A stretch of DNA of 64,000 nucleotides from Candidatus Latescibacterota bacterium (lineage in GTDB: Bacteria > Latescibacterota > UBA2968 > GCA-2709665). Under the pieces are notes generated by a model. It saw only the letters and a list, made by a program, of their open reading frames with translations, searched no databases and was not told the DNA's origin. The stretch is taken from contig OZ241917.1 of assembly GCA_965203805.1 (NCBI GenBank), forward strand, positions 4,544,001 through 4,608,000. The letters run 5' to 3'. Made by a program: the position numbers and the translations under genes. Shown piece by piece: positions 9,762 through 20,168 of the stretch. Numbering within the stretch: position 1 is the first letter of the stretch; each line of letters begins with the position of its first letter.

Positions 9762-12593
9762 GTGACGTCAGATCGAACAAGGAGTTGGCGTTACCCGGGC
9801 GCTCGTTGGTGGAAATTCGACTTCCACACCCACACCCCCGAGTCGAAGGACTATGGTCAAGGACCCAACCAAACAGCCCTAAGGCAGATTAAACCGAAAG
9901 AATGGTTGTTAGCCGTTATGCGTGTTGGCGTAGATTGTGTGGCGATAACGGATCACAACTCGGGCGATTGGACTGACAGGCTTAAAGAGGCACTCCAGGA
10001 ACTAGAGTGTGAATCTCATCCGGATTTTAGACCGCTTTACCTGTTTCCTGGTGTTGAAATTACCGCCAACGGTGGAACCCATATATTGGCGATACTGGAT
10101 ACAAGCAAGTCGTCTGCCGATGTGGCGACGCTTCTTGGCGCAGTTGAGTACCACGGTGAACGCGGCGCTTGTGAAGTCACTGCAAACAAATCGCCAATTG
10201 GCGTCGTCGAAGCTATTGTTGACTTTGGTGGTATTCCAATTTTGGCACATGTGGACGAGCCAAGTGGAGCCTGGAAGCTTAAGGGAAACACGCTTAGCCC
10301 GCTGCTCGAATTCGATGGTTTGTTTGCAATGGAAGTTGTCGATCCGAACGCAAAAAAACCCGCAAAGTACCGACAGATGAAGCTAAAATGGGCAGAAGTT
10401 CTTGGATCGGACTCACACGACCACACCGGTAAGACTGGATCCCGTGTTCTTGGTTCCGACTACACATGGGTAAAGATGGCGGAACCGTCTCTCGAGGGAC
10501 TGCGCCTGGCATTGCTGGACGGCGGTGGGTTTTCAATTCGGCGTAGTGATGATTTGAGTCCTTTCGATCCTTTTAGATTGCCCGATCACTTCGTCGAGGC
10601 TTTGGAAATTGAAGATGCGCAATATATGGGACGAGGCGAATCGGCAAAACTCAGCTTTAGTCCGTGGTTAAACGCTATGGTAGGTGGACGAGGGACGGGA
10701 AAATCAACAGTAATTCATGGAATAAGGCTTGCTTCAAGACGAGAGCAGGAGTTGTCGAAATTTGAAGAAAACTGCGAGCCCCGCTTGATCTTCGAGCAAT
10801 TTAACCGGGTGCCTGGGGACCGCACGGACCGTGGCGGCTTGACAGATTCGACGGAAATCAGGTGGACCGTAATGCGAAACGAAGTTCGGTATCGCGTGCG
10901 TTGGCGGCGCGACGGCTGCGGGACAGTGGTAGAGGAGAACGCAGGCGAAAACTGGGTTCCGTCAAGCATTCAAAGTGTTACGCCCGAGCGCTTTCCAATC
11001 CGGATTTTTAGCCAGGGACAGATTGCGGCGTTGGCCGGCGAGAACCAACAGGCATTGTTGCAGGTGATTGACGATGCCGCTGGAGTGGTTAGGCTACAAA
11101 GGCAACTCAATGATGCTATAAGCGAATTCTATGCGGCGCGGACGCGGATTCGCGAGATGGATGGAAAATTAGTTCGTTGGGACGATCTAAAAGTTGATAT
11201 GCAGGATGTGGAGAGGAAACTGGCTCGTTTTGAGGAAGCCCGCCATGGGGAAGTTCTGACGAGCTACCAACGCCGAAGCCGACAGAAAAGGGAAATGGAA
11301 CGTCAGTTCGAAGCCGCCGATGGCACCGTACGGGTTATTGAAGATACAATTGCTGTGCTGCAATCCGAGGATGTTCCAGACAGGTTGTTCGACACGGATT
11401 CCGACGAAGACCGCGAAGCCATCGCCACCATCGATGCACTGGCTTCCGCAGTCCGCACGGCAGGCGAAACCCTTAAAGGAGCCGCGGAGAGTCTCCGAGT
11501 CGTCATCAACACACAACGGGACGAATTGTCAAAAAGCAAATGGCAGAGGGCTGTAAATCAAATCGTGTCTGAATACAAGCAACTGGTCGAAACACTTCAA
11601 TCGGAGGGTGTCTCCGATCCGAGCGAATACGGCCGACTCGTGCAGGAAAGGCAGCGACTCGATAGCGAAATCGAACTTCTGGAGTCGTTAAGTAAAGAAC
11701 GGGACGAGCTGAATGAGCGATCCCGAACGTTGCTCGGGCACGTACAAGAAGCTCGGCGCGCTGTGAGTGCTGCACGAGAGGACTTCCTTGAAGATGCACT
11801 GGCGCAGAACAACTTTGTAAGAATCCGAAACCTTTCATACGGCGATGACCCCCGTGTTATCGAGGGTGGGTTGCGCGAGGCATTAGGCGTTCTCGACGAT
11901 CGATTTCAGCTTGACATTTTGGATATGGATGACGAGTCGCGGGTGAAAGGAATCGTTGCAGAACTGCTGAATGACTTGCCGGACGAGTCTGCCCAACGCC
12001 GTTCTGAACTGGAACGCCGTATTGACAATCTAAAAGACCGCTTTGACTCTGCTTGTAAGGGTCGCGGAGACTTTGGAGGTCACTTCAACAACTATCTGGC
12101 GCGTGAATTTAACAATAAGCCGGAATTCCTTGACCGATTGCTTGCCTGGTTCCCGGAGGATTCGTTAAGGGTGGAATACAGCCGTCAAGGAGACGGTAGA
12201 GACTTCAGGCCTATTACGCAGGCTTCGTCCGGACAGCGGTCGGCGGCGATGCTGGCATTCCTACTCGCACACGGCGAGGAACCGCTGGTGCTGGACCAGC
12301 CGGAGGACGATTTGGACAATCACTTGATCTATGACCTGGTAGTACGCCAGATCCGCGAAAACAAACTGAGGAGACAAATCACAGTTGTGACACACAACCC
12401 GAACATTGTGGTAAACGGAGATGCCGAGATGTTGCATGCGCTTGAATTTGTGAGCGGACAGTGCATTGTGCAGCAATCTGGGTCTTTGCAGCAGGAGGCC
12501 ATGAGGGAGGAGGTCTGCCGCGTAATGGAGGGCGGGCGCGAAGCGTTCGAGCGCCGCTATCGCAGACTTGGACCGGAGCCAACCCATGTTTGA
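9762..12593 (+). CDS. PHP phosphoesterase + SMC/ABC-like ATPase (TrlF/Ppl-like defence protein)
   Basis: DFHTHTP, ITDHN, GVE, AH, GSDSH PHP motifs; GGRGTGKS, coiled coil, SSGQ, LVLDQPEDDLD, VTHN; GTG 9762 has an RBS. Confidence 0.88.
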   Translation: MTSDRTRSWRYPGARWWKFDFHTHTPESKDYGQGPNQTALRQIKPKEWLLAVMRVGVDCVAITDHNSGDWTDRLKEALQELECESHPDFRPLYLFPGVEITANGGTHILAILDTSKSSADVATLLGAVEYHGERGACEVTANKSPIGVVEAIVDFGGIPILAHVDEPSGAWKLKGNTLSPLLEFDGLFAMEVVDPNAKKPAKYRQMKLKWAEVLGSDSHDHTGKTGSRVLGSDYTWVKMAEPSLEGLRLALLDGGGFSIRRSDDLSPFDPFRLPDHFVEALEIEDAQYMGRGESAKLSFSPWLNAMVGGRGTGKSTVIHGIRLASRREQELSKFEENCEPRLIFEQFNRVPGDRTDRGGLTDSTEIRWTVMRNEVRYRVRWRRDGCGTVVEENAGENWVPSSIQSVTPERFPIRIFSQGQIAALAGENQQALLQVIDDAAGVVRLQRQLNDAISEFYAARTRIREMDGKLVRWDDLKVDMQDVERKLARFEEARHGEVLTSYQRRSRQKREMERQFEAADGTVRVIEDTIAVLQSEDVPDRLFDTDSDEDREAIATIDALASAVRTAGETLKGAAESLRVVINTQRDELSKSKWQRAVNQIVSEYKQLVETLQSEGVSDPSEYGRLVQERQRLDSEIELLESLSKERDELNERSRTLLGHVQEARRAVSAAREDFLEDALAQNNFVRIRNLSYGDDPRVIEGGLREALGVLDDRFQLDILDMDDESRVKGIVAELLNDLPDESAQRRSELERRIDNLKDRFDSACKGRGDFGGHFNNYLAREFNNKPEFLDRLLAWFPEDSLRVEYSRQGDGRDFRPITQASSGQRSAAMLAFLLAHGEEPLVLDQPEDDLDNHLIYDLVVRQIRENKLRRQITVVTHNPNIVVNGDAEMLHALEFVSGQCIVQQSGSLQQEAMREEVCRVMEGGREAFERRYRRLGPEPTHV

Positions 12594-13845
12594 TAGTCAA
12601 AAGGAACTGCTTGACAAGATTCAACTGGGCGAAGACACGTTTCTGGAATGCAAGGAGGTCCGGTTTTCGGGAAAACGTGTTTCCGACCCACATCGCGACT
12701 CTCTCGCCGACTCCCTTGCCGCCTTTGCAAACAGCCAGGGAGGAATCTTGGTGATGGGCGTGGAAGATGAATCACGTGAGATCCTGGGTATTCCCCTTGC
12801 ACGTCTCGATCTGGTGGAGCGATTCGTTCATGAGATTTGCCAGGACTCCGTCGATCCACCCCTTTCGCCGACTATAGAACGGCTAAGGCTGCCAGCGACC
12901 ATCGGAGAGGAGGTAGCGGTCATCAAGATAGATGTGCGCCCCAGTCTGTTTGTGCATCGAAGTCCGGGTGGTTACCTGCATCGAGTCGGAAGCGCCAAAC
13001 GGGTTATGCCCTCTGACTTTCTGGCTCGTCTATTTCAACACCGTAGTCAGATTAGCGTCATTCGCTTTGATGATCAGGCGGTTCCTCAAGCCGAACTGGA
13101 CGACTTGAACGATGATTTGTGGCAGCGGTTTTTAACTTCCCGGTCGCGCAATCAGCGCGACGACTTTCTTTTTAAGCTGGGCATGGCGCGAATGGAATCC
13201 AACGGCTCGATCCGTCCAACGGTAGCGGGCGTCCTGATGGCAGCCCGTGATTCCCGGACTTGGCTGCCTAATGCCTACATTCAGGCTGTCGCCTATCGGG
13301 GCGAGCAAATCCGAGTGGAGCAATCGGGTGACCCGTATCAGATTGATGCTGCCGATATCTACGGTCCGTTGGATACCCAGGTTACCGATGCCTGTCGATT
13401 CGTAATTAAGAATATGAAAACAGCCGCAGATAAGGAACTAGGGAGGCGTGACCGCCCGCAGTTCGACATTACGGCAGTTTTTGAGGCATTGGTCAATGCA
13501 GTCGCCCATCGTGATTACTCCATTCACGGCTCCAAGATCCGACTCAGGATATTTTCCAACCGGCTAGAATTGTATTCACCTGGGGCGCTACCAAATACGT
13601 TGACAGTCGAAAGTCTCCCATACAGACAGTCAGCTCGCAATGACGCGATATGCAGCCTGCTCGCCCGATGTACAGTGCCCGCAGACGTGCCCTGGCTTGT
13701 CACCGACCGTGAAACGCTTATGGACAAGCGGGGCGAAGGCGTGCGCATTATCTATGACAATAGTGAAACGCTTTCGGGACGATTACCTGAATACAGTTTG
13801 ATCGACGATAGTGAGTTGCGGCTCGTAATCTGGGCCGCGAAATAG
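12586..13845 (+). CDS. AlbA_2 (Schlafen-like) + HATPase_c_4 domain protein
   Basis: GEDTFLECKE, AFANSQGG, EALVNAVAHRDY, LELYSPG; overlaps upstream stop. Confidence 0.88.
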   Translation: MFDSQKELLDKIQLGEDTFLECKEVRFSGKRVSDPHRDSLADSLAAFANSQGGILVMGVEDESREILGIPLARLDLVERFVHEICQDSVDPPLSPTIERLRLPATIGEEVAVIKIDVRPSLFVHRSPGGYLHRVGSAKRVMPSDFLARLFQHRSQISVIRFDDQAVPQAELDDLNDDLWQRFLTSRSRNQRDDFLFKLGMARMESNGSIRPTVAGVLMAARDSRTWLPNAYIQAVAYRGEQIRVEQSGDPYQIDAADIYGPLDTQVTDACRFVIKNMKTAADKELGRRDRPQFDITAVFEALVNAVAHRDYSIHGSKIRLRIFSNRLELYSPGALPNTLTVESLPYRQSARNDAICSLLARCTVPADVPWLVTDRETLMDKRGEGVRIIYDNSETLSGRLPEYSLIDDSELRLVIWAAK

Positions 13846-13889
13846 CTCGTTGGCTCGCAGGCGACGTTGATTTCCGATGAATCAATCCA

Positions 13890-14327
13890 ATGAATATCTC
13901 AACCATCGGCTTTACGAGAAAGCCCGCAAGCCGTTTCTTCGGCTTGCTGATGCAGTCAGGCGCAAGGCGCGTCGTCGACGTTCGGCTAAACAACGCGTCG
14001 CAATTGGCCGGCTTTGCGAAGAAGGACGACCTGGCGTATTTCCTGCGGGAACTCTGTGGGATGGACTCCATCCATCTGCCCGAATTGGCGCCGACGAAGG
14101 AATTGCTGGACGATTACAGGAAACGGCGGTTTGACTGGGAGACCTGCGAGAACCGTTTCAACGGGCTGATGTGCGAGCGGCGGATCGAGGAGACGGTTCC
14201 GATTGAGATCGTCGCGGATGGTTGTCTGCTGTGCAGCAAGGATAAGCCGCACCGCTGCCATAGGCGGCTCGTGGCCGAGTATCTGAAACACCATTGGGGC
14301 GACGTGGAAATCGTCTACCTCGGATAG
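13890..14327 (+). CDS. DUF488 family protein
   Basis: ISTIGFT, VVDVRL, LLC...CHRRLVAE. Confidence 0.88.
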   Translation: MNISTIGFTRKPASRFFGLLMQSGARRVVDVRLNNASQLAGFAKKDDLAYFLRELCGMDSIHLPELAPTKELLDDYRKRRFDWETCENRFNGLMCERRIEETVPIEIVADGCLLCSKDKPHRCHRRLVAEYLKHHWGDVEIVYLG

Positions 14328-14395
14328 TTGGTTAAGCATGGATGTGCCGGCCTCGGAGACATTCATACCGATCATGGTAGACCGAATTGTAGAAG
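14212..14395 (+). repeat. direct repeat copy 1 (DUF488 3' end + MNT 5' end)
   Basis: Highly similar to 17565-17748 at a constant offset of 3353. Confidence 0.9.
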
Positions 14396-14663
14396 GCTTC
14401 CAGCCTTCTCGGCTCGTTCTCTTCGGTCCCATGCACATGGCACGGCCACCGACACAAGTGACGTAGACTTGCTGGTAATTCTGCCCAATGGGTCTGACAA
14501 GCGGGATACGGCTATCGAGGTCCGCCGCGCCCTGGGAGATCTCCCGGTTTGCAAGGAAATAGTGATTGCCACTCCCGGGGAAGTCACTCGTCGCGGTCAT
14601 CTTGTTGGTACCTTGTTGCGTTCAGCACTCCGCGAAGGAAAGGTACTGTATGAGCGATCCTGA
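14338..14663 (+). pseudogene. MNT nucleotidyltransferase antitoxin, frameshifted
   Basis: MDVPASETFIPIMVDRIV start in one frame and SDVDLLV...REGKVLYERS in another; intact paralogue at 17691. Confidence 0.8.
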
Positions 14664-14832
14664 ACACGTTGACCGAACTCGCCGATGGCTTCGTTTCGCC
14701 ATGGAGGATCTCGACGTTGCCCAATGCTTGCTGGCGACGGATGGCTCACGACCTCGCCCTGGAAGCGCGGACGTCTCGCTCACATGTCCCGTAGAATCCA
14801 CCGACTTTGGCGATTTTGTCTTAAGATTGTGA
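14650..14832 (+). pseudogene. truncated HEPN toxin
   Basis: MSDPEHVDRTRRWLRFAMEDLDVA HEPN-like start overlapping the MNT end; similarity is lost after ~36 aa. Confidence 0.65.
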
Positions 14833-14907
14833 CAGACACATTACCAATATTCGCCTCCCTATTTCGCTACTCCAACACGGTCACTCTCAAAAGAAGGTAC
14901 GGACGCC

Positions 14908-16044
14908 ATGTCTGAAGAACGCCCGGGCACCTGCCTGCATCTTCCGGATCTGTCGATAACCGGATTTCGGGGAATCGCGTCGCTAACCATTAAGCGGTTG
15001 GGTCGCGTTACGCTGCTTGCGGGAAAGAACAGCGTCGGCAAGACAACCGTTTTGGATGCCGTCCGGGTCTACGCGGCGCGCGGTCGCCCTTTCATTCTGT
15101 CCGACGTGTTGAAGAGCCACGAAGAGGTGGCTGCCGCTACGTATCGCGGTGACAAAGAGGGAATTGACCCTCATCTGGAGGCGCTCTTCCACGGACGGGA
15201 CGCTTCCGGGGAGGCGTCCTTCTCGATCGGCCCGGATAACGGTTGGGACCAGCTTAGAGTTGAAGCGATTCCCCCAGATAAAGCCACTCGTCCTAGTCAT
15301 GGACATCCCCCCGATTTTTTCGTGGCGCCAACAAGATTGCTTAAAATCGTCAGTCAAGACACTGAGCAGATAATTCCCTGGTATTTCTCTCCCTATGCGT
15401 TGAGTACCAAATTGGCCAAAAGTCGCCGTATATATCAGTATCTCTTGAATACGTCTGCAGATTACGACCTACCAGCCGCAATCGACTGCCGGTCCATGGG
15501 TCCGGCCCTGTTGAGCAAGGACGAAGTCGTGGTCTTTTGGGATGACATCGCGCTGACCGACGATGAGGAATGGGTGGTCAATTCCCTGCAGCCTGTTCTC
15601 GGCGACCAGGTACAGCGCATTGGGACAATCGGAGATAACAGTAACGGACGACGGGTGATCGCCAGAGTCCGGGGGCAGTCCTTTCCGGTCCCTCTCGAAA
15701 GCTTTGGTGATGGGGCCCTGCGCCTGTTCGGCACTGCCCTGATGCTGGTCAACAGCCGGGACGGCTTCCTGCTCATCGACGAAGCGGAAAACGGCATTCA
15801 CCATACCGTCCAACGCGATTTCTGGCGCATGGTACTTGAGACCGCGGACCAAAACAACGTGCAGGTTCTCGCGACAACGCACAGCTATGACTGTGTGCGA
15901 GGTTTTGCGCAGGCGGTTAACGAATGCGAGGGAATCGACGGGGGGCTTGTGCGTCTCGAACGTAGCGACAGGGAAATGTGGGCAGTTGAGTATTCGGAAG
16001 ATGATCTCAAGGTCGTTGCTGATCAACACATTGAAGTGAGGTAA
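14908..16044 (+). CDS. AAA_21 family ABC-type ATPase
   Basis: GKNSVGKT, FGDG, LLIDEAENGIH, TTHS. Confidence 0.9.
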   Translation: MSEERPGTCLHLPDLSITGFRGIASLTIKRLGRVTLLAGKNSVGKTTVLDAVRVYAARGRPFILSDVLKSHEEVAAATYRGDKEGIDPHLEALFHGRDASGEASFSIGPDNGWDQLRVEAIPPDKATRPSHGHPPDFFVAPTRLLKIVSQDTEQIIPWYFSPYALSTKLAKSRRIYQYLLNTSADYDLPAAIDCRSMGPALLSKDEVVVFWDDIALTDDEEWVVNSLQPVLGDQVQRIGTIGDNSNGRRVIARVRGQSFPVPLESFGDGALRLFGTALMLVNSRDGFLLIDEAENGIHHTVQRDFWRMVLETADQNNVQVLATTHSYDCVRGFAQAVNECEGIDGGLVRLERSDREMWAVEYSEDDLKVVADQHIEVR

Positions 16045-16048
16045 ATTG

Positions 16049-16663
16049 ATGGATAATGGTGACCGTGTCCTGCTTGTTGAAGGACAAGCCGACAAGCACG
16101 TCGTCTCACATCTATGCTCAAGATTTCAGCCAATGCCCCAATTCCATATAGAAGATAAGGGCGGTATCCAAAAGCTCTTTGATTCGATTATTCAGGAAGC
16201 CAGAGTTTCCGACCGCAAAGCCCTCGGTATTCTCTTAGACGTAATCGACGATTTGAACGCCCGATGGAGTGCCGTGACTGATCGGCTTCAAAAAGAGAAT
16301 ATCGAGGTTCCTCGTACCCCTGAACCAACCGGTACCTTAATCGACGGCACCGTCCGTACCCCTCGAGTTGGCATCTGGTTGATGCCCGACAATTCATCAC
16401 CCGGCGAACTCGAAGACTTCGTTGCGGAAATGGTTCCAGACGATGATCCAATATGGCCGCGAGCCCGCCGTTACATCGACTGCATTCCAGAGGCGGATCG
16501 TAAGTTTACTGAGAAAAAGATACAGCGAGCCAGGATCCACGCCTGGTTAGCGACTAGAAAGGAACCCAGGAAGATTGGCACCGCCATTTATACGGGAGAT
16601 TTGCGCGTTGATGGAAGACTCAGCACAGAATTCGCGGAGTGGCTAAGGGAATTGTTTAAATGA
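16049..16663 (+). CDS. DUF3226-like TOPRIM-type protein
   Basis: LLVEGQAD, GIWLMPDN..PGELEDF motifs; follows the ATPase. Confidence 0.75.
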   Translation: MDNGDRVLLVEGQADKHVVSHLCSRFQPMPQFHIEDKGGIQKLFDSIIQEARVSDRKALGILLDVIDDLNARWSAVTDRLQKENIEVPRTPEPTGTLIDGTVRTPRVGIWLMPDNSSPGELEDFVAEMVPDDDPIWPRARRYIDCIPEADRKFTEKKIQRARIHAWLATRKEPRKIGTAIYTGDLRVDGRLSTEFAEWLRELFK

Positions 16664-16667
16664 GCGA

Positions 16668-17501
16668 ATGGAAGATATTTTGACTCCTGCTGAACAAATC
16701 GCAAAGGACACCTGGGAACGATTGAAACAGTCACGCGAACTCCAGACCCGGTTGGGAGAGGTAACCCTTACTGATTTGCTCGTTTTGGATTTCGTGCGTT
16801 TCATGGATGGTCGCGCCAGGTTATTTCAAAGTACCAACAAACAGGAATCGAAACGGGGGACCGATCTCGAGATCCGGATTCACGCCGGATGCAATCGAGC
16901 CGTCGCGTTTGCACTGCAAGCCAAGAAGCTGTATCCAGATGAAGGGTATCGTGAATTAAAGACCACGGTGAAGTCATCGAACTCTCTTCAATTGGACATA
17001 CTTGAGGATTATGCTGAATCAGTGTGCGCTGTCCCACTCTATCTACTGTACAACTACGTGTGCTGGGATGATTTACAGCCATATTGGCATTGCCGTGAGC
17101 GCCTCAACGTAGACATCGAACAACTGGGTTGTACCGTGGTACCAAGTCGGATAATTCGGCGTGCGATTTGTAAACGCGGACGCAGGAACTTCGAGTGGAT
17201 CCACAGATCCAACCATGTATTGCCGTGGCGTTGTCTTTTCAACTGCCCGCACCAATGCACGCAGCGCTATGACAGCGAGTACATTGAACCAGTTGATGGC
17301 GGGTGGCCTGACTGGCTTTGGTCTCGAAATAGCACGACGTTTTCTGACGAAGACGTGGACAGATTGCGTGAGGAGATTTCAAACCGAGAGATATCGAGGC
17401 GGAAATTGGAACAGTCCGATATTCCAGACGGATTTGGACATACCGACGAGATTGGCGAACTGCCAAGTTACCTCATCTTGGTCAAGGAGAAGACCGGATA
17501 A
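16668..17501 (+). CDS. putative PD-(D/E)xK nuclease (DUF6615-like)
   Basis: ESKRGTDLE...ALQAKKL and PLYLLYN motifs. Confidence 0.65.
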   Translation: MEDILTPAEQIAKDTWERLKQSRELQTRLGEVTLTDLLVLDFVRFMDGRARLFQSTNKQESKRGTDLEIRIHAGCNRAVAFALQAKKLYPDEGYRELKTTVKSSNSLQLDILEDYAESVCAVPLYLLYNYVCWDDLQPYWHCRERLNVDIEQLGCTVVPSRIIRRAICKRGRRNFEWIHRSNHVLPWRCLFNCPHQCTQRYDSEYIEPVDGGWPDWLWSRNSTTFSDEDVDRLREEISNREISRRKLEQSDIPDGFGHTDEIGELPSYLILVKEKTG

Positions 17502-17564
17502 ACAGATCGAATGTAGCACGACGCTAATCCCGCGGTGCCTCGGCAACCGTTCCGAACAAACTAC

Positions 17565-17748
17565 TCGCGGACGGTTGTCTGCTGTGCAGCGAAGATAAAC
17601 CGCACCACTGCCGTAGGCGGCTCGTGGCCGAATATCTAAAACACCATTGGGGCGACGTGGAAATCGCCCACCTCGGATAGTGGGTTAAGCATGGATGTGC
17701 CGGTCTCGGAGACATTCATACCGATCATGGTCGATCGGATCGTCTCGC
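17565..17748 (+). repeat. direct repeat copy 2 (orphan DUF488 3' end + MNT start)
   Basis: Encodes GCLLCSEDKPHHCRRRLVAEYLKHHWGDVEI with no DUF488 N-terminus. Confidence 0.9.
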
Positions 17749-18029
17749 GGTTCACACCCTATCGCGTGATTCTGTTCGGATCGCATGCACGTGAAAGGGC
17801 CGGCAAGTGGAGCGATATAGACTTCCTCGTGGTGTTGCCGAACGGCACTGATCGACGTCACGCGGCTGTTGAAATTTATCGGGCGCTGGGAGATTTGCCC
17901 GTGGCCAAAGACATTGTCGTGACCACGCCAGAGGAGATCGAACGTCGCGGTCACGTCGTCGGTGGTGTGCTGTACGAAGCGCTTCGTAATGGAAAAACCA
18001 TCTATGAACGACCCCGTGCGCCTTCGTGA
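17691..18029 (+). CDS. MNT nucleotidyltransferase (antitoxin)
   Basis: ILFGSHAR, SDIDFLV, KDIVV. Confidence 0.88.
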   Translation: MDVPVSETFIPIMVDRIVSRFTPYRVILFGSHARERAGKWSDIDFLVVLPNGTDRRHAAVEIYRALGDLPVAKDIVVTTPEEIERRGHVVGGVLYEALRNGKTIYERPRAPS

Positions 18030-18230
18030 AGCGCGTCGCTTGTTTCATTTCGAGACGGGAGATCTCGTTTTCGGACAACGCTTCTTGTCGGCCAACGGCG
18101 CTTGACGTCGGCACACCCGATCCGTCGTCTAACAAATTGACAGATCGCCAATATCCGTCAGCGGTACTACGACGCGAACTTCGAGACCCAGGACATCCCG
18201 CATTTGATAGCGAGCTCGGTATCTATTTCG
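18004..18230 (+). pseudogene. decayed HEPN toxin
   Basis: MNDPVRLREARRLFHFETGDLVFGQRFL aligns with the 14650 HEPN start, then in-frame stops; end approximate. Confidence 0.5.
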
Positions 18231-18456
18231 AATGAACTGTGTCAGAGGAGCGATTGCATTGTGACAAGCGATGACACAAATTTCGGCGCAATGCCCGAAA
18301 CAAGGAAATTCAACGAGCTTGCTTCGCGCGAAGCGTTGCTTATCTGGACTATGGATTGCACGCAACTACTGTGAAGTTCTGTCAGGCGTGACCTCAAACG
18401 TCGGCTTCACCAGGAGACCTTGCCGCCTTGTCTTTGACAGATAGGGGAATTGAACC

Positions 18457-19632
18457 ATGCAAATTGAGCAGATTGAGATCAAAAACTACCGTCCCTTCCG
18501 CCACGCGGTCCTCGGAGCTCTGCCGCGCATGGTCGTAGTTGTCGGTGCAAACGGCTCGGGCAAATCAACGCTCTATGATGTATTCAGCTTTCTAAAGGAT
18601 GCGCTGACCCAAAATGTAGCCACGGCGGTCGCCAGGCGAGGCGGATTCCAGGAGCTTGTCAGTCGTGGAGAAAACGGCCCGATCGGTATTACGATTAAAT
18701 TTCGAGAGAAAGGCGGGCGGCTGGCCACATATGTCCTTCAAGTGGCCGAAGATAGTGGACGTGTCGTCGTCCACCGCGAGATTCTACGCTACCGGCGGGG
18801 GCAGTATGGAAAGCCCTGGCATTTCGTTGATTTTTCGCGCGGTACGGGAACTGCGATCACAAATGAGTCCGTGTACGGCCAAAAAGGCGTCGTCGAAGAA
18901 CGGGAAGAGTATGAGCTCGACGATCCAAGCATCCTGGCGATAAAGGGTTTGGGCCAATTCCGTGAATTCCGTGTTGTATCGGAGTATCGTAGCCTGGTTG
19001 AGAACTGGCACGTGTCGAATTTCCACATTGCCGACGCCCGGCCGAGTGTCGACGCTGGCTTCGCCGAACATCTGTCCAGCCGAGGTGACAATGTCGCCCA
19101 AGTCGCCCACTATCTTTACGAGAATCACCGCGACTCGTTCGACCGAATTCTAAGGGCGATGAGTCACCGCGTTCCAGGTGTTAGTAGAGTAGAAGCCAAA
19201 CCCACGGAGGACGGACGTCTGGTTTTACGCTTTCAGGATGGAAGCTTCAAGGATCCATTCATCGCCCGCTACGTCTCCGACGGCACCATAAAGATGTTTG
19301 CATATCTCGTAATGCTCTATGACCCCAGACCTCATCCCTTGTTGGCAGTCGAAAAACCTGAAAACCAACTGTACCCCGAGCTGTTGGTTGAGCTAGCTGA
19401 GGAGTTTCGCGACTACGCCCAGCGAGGAGGTCAAGTGTTTATTTCAACACACTCACCTGATTTCCTGAACGGTGTGGAACTCGAAGAGATCTTCTATTTG
19501 GTCAAGAAAAACGGCTTCACGACTGTGCGCCGAGCATCCGAGAGCGAGTTGCTACGCAACCTCGTCGACGAAGGGGATTTACCAGGTTCTCTCTGGAAGC
19601 AAAGGCTGTTTGAGGGAGTCGGACTACAATGA
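18457..19632 (+). CDS. AAA_21 family ABC-type ATPase
   Basis: GANGSGKS, VSDGT, LLAVEKPEN (atypical Walker B), STHS. Confidence 0.9.
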   Translation: MQIEQIEIKNYRPFRHAVLGALPRMVVVVGANGSGKSTLYDVFSFLKDALTQNVATAVARRGGFQELVSRGENGPIGITIKFREKGGRLATYVLQVAEDSGRVVVHREILRYRRGQYGKPWHFVDFSRGTGTAITNESVYGQKGVVEEREEYELDDPSILAIKGLGQFREFRVVSEYRSLVENWHVSNFHIADARPSVDAGFAEHLSSRGDNVAQVAHYLYENHRDSFDRILRAMSHRVPGVSRVEAKPTEDGRLVLRFQDGSFKDPFIARYVSDGTIKMFAYLVMLYDPRPHPLLAVEKPENQLYPELLVELAEEFRDYAQRGGQVFISTHSPDFLNGVELEEIFYLVKKNGFTTVRRASESELLRNLVDEGDLPGSLWKQRLFEGVGLQ

Positions 19633-20168
19633 GGCACATTGTTTTCCTTCTGGAGGAGTTCTCAATGGGCGGCTTTCTGGATGTCTTGCTGCCGAGAATT
19701 TTTCCGGATCTGTCCTTTCAGTGCGTGCCCCACGAGGGTAAACAAGACCTTGAGAAGAGTATCCCTCGCAAATTAAGGGCGTGGCGCGAGCCGGGTGTAC
19801 ATTTCTGCGTGATTCGGGATAACGATAGTGGCGATTGTCACGCACTGAAGGAAAGGCTTATCGCACTATGCGAGTCGGGCGGCCGGGATGACACCTTGAT
19901 CCGCATCGCTTGCCAAGAGTTGGAGGCCTGGTATCTGGGAGAACCGGATGCAATCGCGGAGGCGTTCGCTAACGACAAGCTGCGGATGATCGGAAAAAAA
20001 GCGCGATTTCGCGATCCAGACGCCGTCGTCAGACCATCTGCCGAAGTCCGAAAGCTCGTACCTGAATTCCAAAAGGTTTCGGGTGCTCGCCGCATTGCCT
20101 GCTATTTGACCCGCGACAGGAATAGGTCGGCTAGTTTCCGAAATCTTCTAGTACCCAATGACGGCTAA
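19629..20168 (+). CDS. DUF4276-like TOPRIM-type protein, C-terminus displaced by IS630
   Basis: VFLLEEFSM, IRDND, ELEAWYLG; the native tail continues at 21395-21475. Confidence 0.8.
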   Translation: MRHIVFLLEEFSMGGFLDVLLPRIFPDLSFQCVPHEGKQDLEKSIPRKLRAWREPGVHFCVIRDNDSGDCHALKERLIALCESGGRDDTLIRIACQELEAWYLGEPDAIAEAFANDKLRMIGKKARFRDPDAVVRPSAEVRKLVPEFQKVSGARRIACYLTRDRNRSASFRNLLVPNDG

